NCBI GenBank assembly: GCA_034670305.1
Contig: JAXMNT010000052.1
Location: forward strand, 1 to 52,487
Source of the DNA: Deltaproteobacteria bacterium
GTDB lineage: Bacteria; Myxococcota_A; Polyangia; Polyangiales; Houyiibacteriaceae
DNA: 52,487 nt
Direction of reading: 5' to 3'
This document shows, one piece after another, positions 37,679 through 47,385 of the stretch (positions within the stretch are counted from its first letter, which is position 1; the number at the start of each line of letters is the position of its first letter). Made by a program: the position numbers and the translations under genes. The notes beneath the pieces were generated by a model. It was given only the letters and a program-made list of their open reading frames with translations. It was not told the origin of the DNA and ran no database searches.

Positions 37679-38365
37679 ATGCGACTCGTTTCCGCCGCCC
37701 TTGGTGTCCTCGTGGGGTGCGGCGCCAGCGCCGCTCCGCTCTGCCCCGAGCCGGTCGCGCCGCCGCCCGACCCAGCCACTGCGGGGCCCCAGGCTGGGGC
37801 CGAACCGGCCGAGCCCGAACCGTGGGCCATCCGGGGAGAGTGCAACCTCGCCGGCGTCCCCGAGTCGATGCGACAGACGCTGACCGACGAAGAGTCCGAT
37901 GCACTGATCGCGCGGATGCACGAATGGCTCGAGAGCGACTGGCATGGCTTCGCGATCCCGGAGCAGACCGGCATGCTGTTCGCCAAGTCGGAAGACGACA
38001 TCGGCGCCGACCCACCCTACCCGCGCTCGTTCCTCGCCCAGGGTGTGCACGCCTGCAGCCTCGAGGGCGAGTGGCTCCTCGCGGGCATCAAGCAGGCCTT
38101 CCGCCGACACGGCGCCCCCGAGAGCCGAAACGCACCGATCGCCTGTGCCCACAACGTGTGCTGCTACACCGCCCTCGGGGAGTACGACAGCGCCGGCGGC
38201 ATCGTCTTCGCACGCAGCCCAAACGGTTGGCAGGTCCGCGCCGCGTACCAAGCAGCGGACAACGGGACCCTGATGCAAGAGACGATCGACGGGTCCTACC
38301 GGGTGGTGCGTGGACACCTCGAGCGGCTGGCCGAAGAGACCTGCGCCGGCGAACCGGCACCCTGA
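37679..38365 (+). CDS. Hypothetical lipoprotein
   Basis: MRLVSAALGVLVGC lipobox; coding-like composition. Confidence 0.65.
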   Translation: MRLVSAALGVLVGCGASAAPLCPEPVAPPPDPATAGPQAGAEPAEPEPWAIRGECNLAGVPESMRQTLTDEESDALIARMHEWLESDWHGFAIPEQTGMLFAKSEDDIGADPPYPRSFLAQGVHACSLEGEWLLAGIKQAFRRHGAPESRNAPIACAHNVCCYTALGEYDSAGGIVFARSPNGWQVRAAYQAADNGTLMQETIDGSYRVVRGHLERLAEETCAGEPAP

Positions 38366-38417
38366 CCCCAAGCCGTGTGCCAATGAAGAAGTGCATCCAT
38401 CCGCCGTCTCAGCCATC

Positions 38418-38789
38418 ATGGATCTCATGCAGCGACTTCTCCTCCCCGCGCTGGCGCTCGTCTTCGGACTCGCGTCGGGATGCAGCAACGGCGCCGACAA
38501 GGGCTTCTACGAGCTTTGCAGCGACGGAGAATGCATGGGCGGCACCTCGTGCGACACCATCGCGTGGGAGCGTGGCCGGGACGGAGCGATGTGCACCGCC
38601 GACTGCGAATCGGACGCCGACTGCCCGTTCGGCGGGGCCTGCTTCGGCCTCGTGGGCGACCCGGTGGACCAGAAGGTGTGCTTCGCGCGCTGTGACGTCG
38701 ACCGGGATTGCGCAGGTGGCGGGGGCTACGTGTGCGCCGATGCGGAGCTCGAAGGTTCGGTCGTCGCGGGCATCTGTCTTCCACTGTGA
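38418..38789 (+). CDS. Cys-rich lipoprotein, paralogue 1
   Basis: Lipobox ASGC; CTADCESDADC motif; start 38418 or 38427. Confidence 0.72.
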   Translation: MDLMQRLLLPALALVFGLASGCSNGADKGFYELCSDGECMGGTSCDTIAWERGRDGAMCTADCESDADCPFGGACFGLVGDPVDQKVCFARCDVDRDCAGGGGYVCADAELEGSVVAGICLPL

Positions 38790-39130
38790 GCGGGGCGCTG
38801 GTTCGGGCCTCGTTCGCCGTCCTTCTCCTTTGGGGGTGCGCGAACACGCCCCTCTACGCGCCGTGTGACGACGGCAGCGAGTGCGAAGATCCGAGCGACG
38901 GGTGCTACGCGCTGCTCTTCGATCGCAGCGACGGCACCCAGGGCAGCGGCAACGTCTGCTCCCGTCGGTGCGTCACCGACAGCGATTGCCCCGGTGGTCT
39001 CTGCCTCGCTCTGCGCGGTGATCCAAGCGAGACCTTCCTGTGCTTCGAGACCTGCGCGGCCGACCGGTGCTTCGATCCGCATGCGTGTACGCCGCTCGAC
39101 GGAGCCATGGGCAGCGTCTGCCTCCCGTGA
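38786..39130 (+). CDS. Cys-rich lipoprotein, paralogue 2
   Basis: GTGA overlap; lipobox LWGC; CSRRCVTDSDC; same terminal CLP as the upstream gene. Confidence 0.72.
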   Translation: MSGALVRASFAVLLLWGCANTPLYAPCDDGSECEDPSDGCYALLFDRSDGTQGSGNVCSRRCVTDSDCPGGLCLALRGDPSETFLCFETCAADRCFDPHACTPLDGAMGSVCLP

Positions 39131-39148
39131 CCTCCGCGCCGCGCGCGC

Positions 39149-39910
39149 TCAGGCGCCTGGCGGCGCCGCCGTGGCGCGGCGCGCACGGGTCGCGACCGCG
39201 TGCCGCGTGATCTCTTCCGCCTCGACCGCATGATCCGCGTCCACGAGCCCGACGACGACCTCGAGTTCGTTTCCGATCGCGCGCACTTCGGGGTCGCGCC
39301 GGTGCAGACACCACGGGGACAGGAGCAGCGCGCGTCGAATGGCGCGTTTGAGTTCCGGAACCGGTACGACGTCCGGCAACTCGATGCGGAACGTGTGGAG
39401 GTGCGCGTGCTCCACCCGGGTCGAACGGTGCACGACCGAGCGGGTCAGCTTCGAGTAGGGCACGAGGGCCACCGTTCCGTCTGAGGTCTCCACCATCAGA
39501 AGCCGCCATCCGATCTCTGCGATCCGCCCTTCGACCCGGCTCCTCGTGAGTTCGACCTCCACCCGATCGCCGACCCGGAACGCGCCGCCCGAGCGAAGGA
39601 GCAACCCGTCGGCCACGTCGCGGAGTGCGCCCCAGGCGGAGCCGACCACGATGCCGAGCAGCACGAGTGGGACCAGCCACCGGGCCTGTTCGTCCTGCAG
39701 GAGCCACTGCAGCACGAACCCGATGTACAAGAGCATCGCGAGTGCGCCGCCGAGTGGGAGCCACGCACTGACCCGCGCTTCGGTCGTGCGGCTCATCGGC
39801 AAGAGCCGGACCCCCGCACCCACCAGCCGAACCGACCAGGCGAGCAGCACCGCGCCGAGGACAGCCACGAAGACCGTGGCGACTCGGATGAGCCATTCCT
39901 CGACGGTCAC
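39149..39910 (-). CDS. MscS-family mechanosensitive channel-like protein
   Basis: Three TM helices then ALRDVADGLLL...FRVGDRVEV...EGRIAEIGWR...VPYSKL; GTGA overlap with the upstream giant gene. Confidence 0.8.
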   Translation of the reverse strand: MTVEEWLIRVATVFVAVLGAVLLAWSVRLVGAGVRLLPMSRTTEARVSAWLPLGGALAMLLYIGFVLQWLLQDEQARWLVPLVLLGIVVGSAWGALRDVADGLLLRSGGAFRVGDRVEVELTRSRVEGRIAEIGWRLLMVETSDGTVALVPYSKLTRSVVHRSTRVEHAHLHTFRIELPDVVPVPELKRAIRRALLLSPWCLHRRDPEVRAIGNELEVVVGLVDADHAVEAEEITRHAVATRARRATAAPPGA

Positions 39911-42900
39911 AACAGACCCCGCGAACGGAAGTGCGCGACGACCCGGTGTCGCAGGAACGGGTTGAGGGTCGCGCCACGCGAAGGGTGGGAGACCACGAGG
40001 CCGGCGGCACGCAGGGAGCGCACCATCCCGTCCACCACCCGCGCCGGCCGACCCATCACCCGCCGCAAACGCTCGGGCGATGCTTCTTTGTGGATCACGA
40101 GTTGAAGCAACAGCGTTTTGGCGTCCCCGTCGAGCGCGTCGAGTGCGCCCCAGTCGAGCGTGGAAGGCCTCCGGATGGACAGCCCACCGTCTTCTCGGAC
40201 CTGTTCGATGTAGGCGAGCCAACCCCGGAGCGCGCCCGCGATGTTGCCGCCGGTGGCGTCGAAGTGCGCGGAGAAGAGGCGCGCCAGATCCCATTCACCG
40301 AGGCTGGTCTCCGCGTCCTCGCCGAGCTGAAAGGTGAACCCCGTGGAGCGGTGGCGGCGCAAGGTGGCGTGGCGCAGCTCCTCGGCCGAGAACGGATCGC
40401 AGCTCAACACGCTGCTCGCGCTCGCGCTCAGCGCGGTGATTCGATCCAGAAGCTCGAACGCATGTTCGTTGACGCTGACGATGAACCGGAGACGGCGGCC
40501 ATGCTGCTCGACCAGTTCCAGCAACCGGTCGATCACGTCGAGGCCGCCTTCGCGGCGCTCCCACCACAACTCGAGGTCGTCGATGACGACCAACGAACCA
40601 TCCACGAGCCGCGGAAAGAGTTCCTGAGACGAACCCCAGCGCGAGTCGTGACTCAGCGCGCGTTCGAACTCCGCCACCGACACCGAACCGCCCTCGGGCG
40701 ACGGGACCCACACGAGCGCCGGTGGACTGAGCGCGGCGGCGAGTTGCTGCACCGTGGAGGTCTTGCCGGAGCCGGGGTCGCCGACGACGAGCACCAGACC
40801 GCGGTCGGGCACCGCGACTTGGTCGGCGGCGCGCGGCACCCGGAACGGACCACCGGGTGCGCCCCGGCCGAGAAAGAGCTGCTGATAGAACGACGGCAGC
40901 GCTTCGACGACGCTCGGATCAGGGGTCGCCGCCCGCACGAGATCCCGCAACTCGGACTGCGCCGCGGCGCGCTGAGAGACCGAGCGCATCTTCATCGCGA
41001 CGAGCAGGCCGTGCGAGCGCCGGTAGAGCAGCCCGCCCATCAAGCGATGAAGTCCGTCTCGAAGACCGCCGCCCTCGGTGGACTTCGCGCGCCCGATCGA
41101 CTTCTGCATGCGGCCGCTCGCCGCGGTGCGCAGGCTCTCCAGGTCGTACGCGTTGGCCACCGAGGCCAGCGCGGCCATGCCTTCGCGGTTGGCGCGCCGC
41201 AGGCGATCCCGCGCGTCGGTGAGCGCGTTCAGACGTTCTTCCACGACCGCGCGCGCCCGCTCGATGCTCGACTGCAGTGCGTCGTTGTCGGCCTCGCGAT
41301 CGACGCGCTGCTGGAACGCGATCATGTGGCTGAGTTCTTCGAGCGTGGTGCGGGTCTCGTCGCTGACGGCGTGGGCGTGGGTGGTGGCTTCTTCCACCCG
41401 AGAGAGCAGCTCGCGACGGGCGGCCACTTCCACGCCCCGGCGAAGCAGGGTCTCGACTTCTTCGAGTTCGCCGGATCGGCCGAGGTGAAGCAACGCCTCG
41501 TCCGTGCAGGTCGTCAGCCGCTCGGGCAGCTCGTCGGTCGCGTCGGTGATCGATACCGAGAGTTCGTCCAGGTCGGCGCGCGGATCCCAGGAGGCCCGAA
41601 GCGCGCCCACCCCGAACTGTTCGATCGACGCACCTTCCGAGGCGACGCGCTCAAGGGACTCCTGCAGGCGCTCGCTCGCCGCGAACATGTCTCCGACGAC
41701 GTCCTGTTCGAGCGAACGCTGCAGCCGGGAGGCCGCGGTGCGGATCTCGTGCGTCACCGACGCCAACTCGGCACCAAGCGCCGCGCGTTCCGAGAGCAGC
41801 CCGGCCCGTTTCGACCAGTCGGCGAGGGGCGCGTCGAACGCTGCGATCGTGACCTGCCGTTTGCGCGGGATCTTTCGGGACCTGGCCACCTCCTCGACGT
41901 CGAGTCGATCGAGGGTCTCGGAGAACTCGGTCGTCACCCGCCGCGCGTCCCGGAACGCCACCGTCTGGGCGCGGCTGCGACGGGCGCGCAGGTCGCTGCG
42001 AAGCTGTTCGAACTCGTCGCGCGCCGACTCGATGGTGCCCGCGAGTTCTTCGCTCTCGATCGTCGCGAGGGTGCGGCCGAACCGAGACAAGGTCCGTCCG
42101 GTCTCGAGCAGCGCTTGATGGTGGTGCGCGAGTGCGGCGCCGAGGGCCGGCAGGATGGCCGCCCGCACGAACTCTTCGTGGCCCCATCGTTCGAGCACAT
42201 CCATCGGCAACCGGAACTTCACCGGGCCGCGCGAGAACATGCCGCCGCGCTTTCGCCGTTTGACGCGACGCAGCTCGGGGCTGTCTTCGGGCAGCGGTTC
42301 GAGTTCCTCGCGTCGTCGGGCCACGACCACACTCGCGCGGTGTTCGACGAGCCCCGATGGGTCGAGCACTTCGGCAGCGAGCTCCAGTGCCACCCGCTGC
42401 ACCTCGCCGAGCCGCTCCGACGACTCCGCGAGCAGCGACTTCGCCTCTCGCAACCAGTCCGCGACCGCTTCGAGCCGCGCGTCGTGTGCGTCGCCGTCTT
42501 CCGCGGCGTCTCCGAGCGAGACCCGCGGCACGTGCAACGAGGCGATGAGCGATGTCGTGAGCTCGGTGTCGTAGAAGCGGGACGCGGCCCCCTCGAAGAA
42601 CCGGTTCATCGACGCACGCACCCGGGCATCGAACGCCGTCACGAGCTCCGCGAGCGCGGGATGGTCGGGCAGACGCAGTTCCACTGGCGCGTCGCCCTCG
42701 GCGTCCGCTCCGGCCATCGACGGCGGCGGAATGGAACCTGCGCCGTGCGACCCACGCAGACTGCGCTCGAAGAGCGACTGCGGGCGGAACGCGATCACGT
42801 GTCCTTCGATCGACTCGAGGCCAGCGTACGCGCTCAGGGTTCGCGCATCGAGCGCGTCCGGCATCGGCACGAGCACGAGCGCCGACCCGCGCGATTCCTC

Positions 42901-44964
42901 TTCGATCACATCCTGAAAACGAAGCGCCGTGGCTGGCACATGACGGACCTGCACATCCGCCACGAGCCGAGCCTGGCTCACGTACTCGCGCGCTTCGACC
43001 GCCAGGAGATCGTCGCTCGCCGGATCGGTGGTCAAGAGGAACACCCGCATCGGGTGGCGGCGCCAGGTGTCGCTGCGCGAGAGCAGGCGCGCCATCGTGA
43101 CCGCGAACGGCAGGTTGCCGAGTTCGTCGTACCACCAGATGTCGATCGGCGCGCTCGCGTCCAGCTGCGTGCCGGCGCGGTGCACGAGCAACCCATGGTC
43201 CGTGTCGCCGAGCTCCGCCGCGAGTCGCGCGAATCCCTCGCCATCGCCGCGCGCGAACGACCACGGGATCATGACCGTGTTCGGCCGCACGCCACCGAGA
43301 CCGGCGTGCCGCGCCATCGCCGCGATCGTGGGATGGGGCGCATCGGCGAACACGTGTTCGACGAAGAGTCCCGGCGGCGGCTCCTCGCTGTCGTCTTCGC
43401 TGGCTCCCTCAGGCACGGCCCCCGAACCCCGTCCGGGCGACGCGCCTCCCTCCGCGCGCCCGTCGGGATCGTCGCTGTGGATGCGCACATCCGTCGCGAC
43501 GCCCACGTTGCCGATGAGCGCGACGACGAGGTCGGTCAACGCGGGGCTCCGCTCCCCCGACACCTGAGAGAAGGCGAGGATGTTCGGCTTCCAGTTGCGA
43601 AGCTGCGTGCCGACCGTGGCCAAACGCCGCAAGCCCGTGCGCACCAACGACGACCACACCCCCTCCCACGCATCGCCCGAGTCGAGGGTGAGCCGACGCC
43701 GGGAGAGGTAGCCGAACAGCAGCAACATGACGACCATGGCGCCGCCCATGGCGAGGGGATCCAGCTCGAGCATGAGCACGAGGCAGGTGACGGCGCCCAC
43801 GACGCCGATCCACTTCGGGATTCGGAAGCTCGGGCGGAAGTCCGGGCTGACGTAGCTTTCGATCGCGCAGCTGAGGTTGATGAACCCGTAGAGCGCCAAG
43901 AAGACCATCGAGACGACGCGCGCGATGGCGTCGAGTTCGCCGATGAGCACGCCCGCTTCGCCCACGAGGCACGCCAGGATCAGCGCGCGGCGCGGTTCGT
44001 TCGTCAGGCCAGTGCCCTTGGCGAAGAACCGCGGCGTCACACGGTCCCCCGACATCGACTGCAGGATGCGCGGTGCACCGAGGATGCTGCCGAGCGCCGA
44101 GGAGAGTGTCGCGCCCCAGATCCCGAGCACCACGAGCACTTCCCACTTGGCCACGTGCAGGAACAACTCCCCGTCGGAGCGAAGCGCCGAAACCGGCACG
44201 CGGTACGCGAGGTAGATCGTCAACCCGAGGTAGACGAGCAAGCCGGTGGAGATCGCGGCGATGGTGCCGATCGGGATCGCGCGTTTGGGATCCTTCAGAT
44301 CGCCCGACATGTTCACGCCAGCCGTGAAGCCAGTCACCGCGGGGAAAAAGATGCCAAAGAGCACCGCAAGCGACTCGCCCGATGCGGGCGGCTCGAGGTG
44401 CACCTCCAGCGGCGCCTCCGTGTCGCCGAGCGCGATCGACACGATCGAGAGGATGATCGCGACGAGGACGAAGTACTGCGCCTTGATCGCGAGCGACGTG
44501 CTGATGAACGTGATGATCGTCAGCAGCAGGACGGTCGCCGAGCCACACACCCGGATCCAGAAGAGCCGTTTCTCGGCGGTCGAGAGATCGACGGCGTCCA
44601 CATGCGGCGCGATGTACGCGAGAAAACTCTCCGAGAACCCGATCACATACAGGCTGATCGAGAAAGAAAGGCCCACGAAGAGTGCGAGACCGATGGTTCC
44701 GCCGAGCGGGAGGCCAAGGCTTCGAGAGAGCACGTAGTACGGGCCGCCCGCGCCGACCCGTTTGTCGGTGGCGATCGATGAGATGCTCAGACCGGTCGTG
44801 ATCGACACGACGTGGGAGACCAACACGATGCCGATGGCGGCGTAGAGCCCTGCTTCGCCGACCACCTTGGGCAGGCGCAGGTACATGATGACGCCCAAGA
44901 TCGTGAGCACCGAGGGGGTGAACACCCCACCGAACGCCCCGAATTTCTTCGCCGCCGCCGCCAC
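39907..44964 (-). CDS. SLC12/cation-chloride-cotransporter-like permease fused to a C-terminal P-loop NTPase (1685 aa)
   Basis: FGAFGGVFTPSVLTILGVIMYLRL, GGPYYVLSRSLG, FFPAVTGFTAGVNMSGDLKDP, RNWKPNIL, IDIWW; Walker A GDPGSGKTS and Walker B LVVIDD. Confidence 0.88.
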   Translation of the reverse strand: MAAAAKKFGAFGGVFTPSVLTILGVIMYLRLPKVVGEAGLYAAIGIVLVSHVVSITTGLSISSIATDKRVGAGGPYYVLSRSLGLPLGGTIGLALFVGLSFSISLYVIGFSESFLAYIAPHVDAVDLSTAEKRLFWIRVCGSATVLLLTIITFISTSLAIKAQYFVLVAIILSIVSIALGDTEAPLEVHLEPPASGESLAVLFGIFFPAVTGFTAGVNMSGDLKDPKRAIPIGTIAAISTGLLVYLGLTIYLAYRVPVSALRSDGELFLHVAKWEVLVVLGIWGATLSSALGSILGAPRILQSMSGDRVTPRFFAKGTGLTNEPRRALILACLVGEAGVLIGELDAIARVVSMVFLALYGFINLSCAIESYVSPDFRPSFRIPKWIGVVGAVTCLVLMLELDPLAMGGAMVVMLLLFGYLSRRRLTLDSGDAWEGVWSSLVRTGLRRLATVGTQLRNWKPNILAFSQVSGERSPALTDLVVALIGNVGVATDVRIHSDDPDGRAEGGASPGRGSGAVPEGASEDDSEEPPPGLFVEHVFADAPHPTIAAMARHAGLGGVRPNTVMIPWSFARGDGEGFARLAAELGDTDHGLLVHRAGTQLDASAPIDIWWYDELGNLPFAVTMARLLSRSDTWRRHPMRVFLLTTDPASDDLLAVEAREYVSQARLVADVQVRHVPATALRFQDVIEEESRGSALVLVPMPDALDARTLSAYAGLESIEGHVIAFRPQSLFERSLRGSHGAGSIPPPSMAGADAEGDAPVELRLPDHPALAELVTAFDARVRASMNRFFEGAASRFYDTELTTSLIASLHVPRVSLGDAAEDGDAHDARLEAVADWLREAKSLLAESSERLGEVQRVALELAAEVLDPSGLVEHRASVVVARRREELEPLPEDSPELRRVKRRKRGGMFSRGPVKFRLPMDVLERWGHEEFVRAAILPALGAALAHHHQALLETGRTLSRFGRTLATIESEELAGTIESARDEFEQLRSDLRARRSRAQTVAFRDARRVTTEFSETLDRLDVEEVARSRKIPRKRQVTIAAFDAPLADWSKRAGLLSERAALGAELASVTHEIRTAASRLQRSLEQDVVGDMFAASERLQESLERVASEGASIEQFGVGALRASWDPRADLDELSVSITDATDELPERLTTCTDEALLHLGRSGELEEVETLLRRGVEVAARRELLSRVEEATTHAHAVSDETRTTLEELSHMIAFQQRVDREADNDALQSSIERARAVVEERLNALTDARDRLRRANREGMAALASVANAYDLESLRTAASGRMQKSIGRAKSTEGGGLRDGLHRLMGGLLYRRSHGLLVAMKMRSVSQRAAAQSELRDLVRAATPDPSVVEALPSFYQQLFLGRGAPGGPFRVPRAADQVAVPDRGLVLVVGDPGSGKTSTVQQLAAALSPPALVWVPSPEGGSVSVAEFERALSHDSRWGSSQELFPRLVDGSLVVIDDLELWWERREGGLDVIDRLLELVEQHGRRLRFIVSVNEHAFELLDRITALSASASSVLSCDPFSAEELRHATLRRHRSTGFTFQLGEDAETSLGEWDLARLFSAHFDATGGNIAGALRGWLAYIEQVREDGGLSIRRPSTLDWGALDALDGDAKTLLLQLVIHKEASPERLRRVMGRPARVVDGMVRSLRAAGLVVSHPSRGATLNPFLRHRVVAHFRSRGLL

Positions 44965-45057
44965 GGCGCGAGGTTACCCCACTATGGCGGGCCGCATGGG
45001 GGAGGTTTCGCGGCGCCCGGTAGTGACAAACGAGCCGCGGACCGGTACCTCAAGAGC

Positions 45058-45867
45058 ATGCTTCGAACCACTTCGCTCTCGCTTGGCACGCTCCTTCTCC
45101 TCTTGGCGTGCGGCGGCGACGACGACGCGACCATCGATGCCGGGGGCGACGTGGGCGGGGGCGAAGACGCAGGGCTGGACAGTGCCCCGGCCGAGGACGT
45201 GCCCGTGGCGGCCTGTGATCTCGACGACGTCGTCACGTTCCTCACGTCCGATGGCGTGCAGCTCGAGGCGTTCGCGCAGCTCGCCGGCCCCGACGCCCCA
45301 GCCGTGGTGCTCTTCCACATGGTCCCGCCGGGCAACAACCGCTCGAACTACAGCGCCGCGTTCCGGAACGAGCTCTTCTCGAACGGCTGGTCGGTGCTCA
45401 ACGTCGATCGACGCGGCGCGGGCGGTTCCGACGGAGTGGCGCGGGAAGCCTACGAAGGACCGGGCGGCGCGCTCGACGTCGCCGCGGCCACCGAGTTCCT
45501 GCGAGGTACCGGCTGCGTGGACATGACGAAGCTCGCGATCATCGGCGCGAGCAACGGCACCACCAGCGTGCTCGACGGCATCGTGGCCGGCGGCATCGAA
45601 CCGGCCACCGTCGTCTTTCTCTCCGGGGGCAGCTACACGGTGAACCAGAACCCAATCGACAGCGCCGCGCTGGCGACCGTGCCGGTGCTCTTTGCGTGGT
45701 CCGATGGCGACACGCCTTCAGCTACTTGGAACGTCGCGGTCCGCGACGGCCGTCCCGGCGAGTGGTTGTTCAACAACCGCGCGGGGGATGCCCACGGCAC
45801 GATGCTGCTGGCCGACGACGACGCGCGGGGCGCGGTGATCGCCTGGCTTGGGGCGTCTCTCCGGTAG
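45058..45867 (+). CDS. Alpha/beta hydrolase lipoprotein
   Basis: Lipobox LLAC; D.RGAG.S, IGASNG elbow, C-terminal AHGT. Confidence 0.78.
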   Translation: MLRTTSLSLGTLLLLLACGGDDDATIDAGGDVGGGEDAGLDSAPAEDVPVAACDLDDVVTFLTSDGVQLEAFAQLAGPDAPAVVLFHMVPPGNNRSNYSAAFRNELFSNGWSVLNVDRRGAGGSDGVAREAYEGPGGALDVAAATEFLRGTGCVDMTKLAIIGASNGTTSVLDGIVAGGIEPATVVFLSGGSYTVNQNPIDSAALATVPVLFAWSDGDTPSATWNVAVRDGRPGEWLFNNRAGDAHGTMLLADDDARGAVIAWLGASLR

Positions 45868-45911
45868 CGGGTTCCGCGTGTCACGGCGACCGAAGCTGCT
45901 AGCGTCACCGA

Positions 45912-47216
45912 ATGAGTTACCAGCTTGTGTTGACCGCGGTGTTCATCGTGCTCAACGGATTCTTCGTCGCGGCGGAGTTCGCGCTGGTCAAGACCCGGCC
46001 GAGTCGGGTCAAGGCGCTCGCCGCCCAAGGCGACCCACGCGCCAAGCGCCTGCTCGTGATGACGGAGGAACTCGACCTCTACCTGTCCGCCTGCCAGCTC
46101 GGCATCACCATCGCCAGCCTGGTGCTCGGCTACCTCGCCGAGCCGGCGTTCGCCGAGCTGATCTCCAACGGCGCGGTGGCGCTCGGTCTGGCCGTGCCCG
46201 AGAGCACCGTCCTGCACATCGTGGCGTTCGGTGCTGCGCTCGTCATCGTCACCATCCTCCACATGGTGCTCGGCGAACAGGCACCGAAGATCTGGGCCAT
46301 TCACAGCGCCGAAAAGGCCGCGCTCCGGTTCTCCCTCATCCTCCGCATCTTCACGATGGTGCTTCGGCCGCTCATCGTGGTCGTCAACAGCATGTCGAAC
46401 GGGCTGCTCCGCATCTCGGGCGTCGAGGGCGGACACGGATCGGGCGAACACGACGCCCGCGAGCTGAAAGCGATCATCGGCGCCGCAGCCATGGCGGGGA
46501 ACATCTCGACGCGGCAGCGTCTGTTCGCCGAGAACATCATCGACCTGGTCGAGCTGGAGGTCCGCCACATCATGCTGCCGCGGACCCAGGTGGCGTACCT
46601 GGACTCCAACGATCCCGTGGCCAAGAGCCTCGCGCGCATTCGGGCCGAAGGTCATTCCCGCTGGCCGCTCGCCAACGGTGACCTCGACGACGTGGTCGGC
46701 ATCGTGCTCGCGCGCGACGTGCTCGAGCAGCTCATCGACGAGCTGCCACTCGACCTGGAACAGATCTCCCGGCCGCCTCACTTCGTGCCCGACACCCAGC
46801 CGCTCGCGCGCTTCATCGTGGAGAGTCAGCAGACCGGTCATCAAGGCGCGCTGGTGGTCGACGAACACGGCACCGTGGTCGGCATGGCCTTTCTCGAGGA
46901 CGCGCTGGAGGAGATCGTCGGACCTTTGCACGACGAACGCGACGCGATCGAGTCCATCGTCGACCAAGGCGACGAAGGCGTGATCGAGATGCGCGGCTCC
47001 CTCGATCTGCCCGAAGCCAGCCACCTGCTCGGCGTCGAGTTCGGCGACGCGCACGACACGATCGGCGGCGTCTTGATCGCCAAGCTCGGCCGCCTGCCGC
47101 GCAAGGGGGACGTCGTCACACTGGAAGGCTACGACGCACTCGTCGTCCGAACCGGCCGCGGCCGAAGCATCCAGACCGTCCGCTTCACGCCGACCCAGAC
47201 CGAAGACGAAGACTGA
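45912..47216 (+). CDS. CNNM/CBS/CorC-HlyC (hemolysin-family) transporter-associated protein
   Basis: NGFFVAAEFALV, QLGIT, LGEQAPK, IMLPRT, HSRWP, VVDEHG, EDALEEIVG, TIGG. Confidence 0.9.
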   Translation: MSYQLVLTAVFIVLNGFFVAAEFALVKTRPSRVKALAAQGDPRAKRLLVMTEELDLYLSACQLGITIASLVLGYLAEPAFAELISNGAVALGLAVPESTVLHIVAFGAALVIVTILHMVLGEQAPKIWAIHSAEKAALRFSLILRIFTMVLRPLIVVVNSMSNGLLRISGVEGGHGSGEHDARELKAIIGAAAMAGNISTRQRLFAENIIDLVELEVRHIMLPRTQVAYLDSNDPVAKSLARIRAEGHSRWPLANGDLDDVVGIVLARDVLEQLIDELPLDLEQISRPPHFVPDTQPLARFIVESQQTGHQGALVVDEHGTVVGMAFLEDALEEIVGPLHDERDAIESIVDQGDEGVIEMRGSLDLPEASHLLGVEFGDAHDTIGGVLIAKLGRLPRKGDVVTLEGYDALVVRTGRGRSIQTVRFTPTQTEDED

Positions 47217-47224
47217 GTCTGGAG

Positions 47225-47318
47225 GCCGAAGCCGAAGCCGAAGCCGAAGCCGAAGCCGAAGCCCAGGCCGACGCAGAAGCCGACGCCGAAGCCGAGGCCG
47301 AACCCGAGTCCGATCCCG
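47225..47318. repeat. Intergenic hexamer array E (GCCGAA)n
   Basis: Direct observation; between convergent genes. Confidence 0.9.
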
Positions 47319-47330
47319 GCCCTGGATGAG

Positions 47331-47360
47331 AAAAAAGAGCGCGCCCTTTCGGACGCGCCC
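47331..47360 (-). terminator. Rho-independent terminator
   Basis: Minus strand GGGCGCGTCC-GAAA-GGGCGCGCTC followed by TTTTTT, 25 nt downstream of the stop at 47386. Confidence 0.85.
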
Positions 47361-47385
47361 CGTTCTCGAGAACAGCTGCTCCGGC

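Noticed and set aside
39931-44781. Very long antisense ORFs (also 369..2981, 27128..29239, 31081..33336, 34071..37463)
   Set aside because: Typical stop-poor shadow frames opposite real genes in high-GC DNA; no domain motifs
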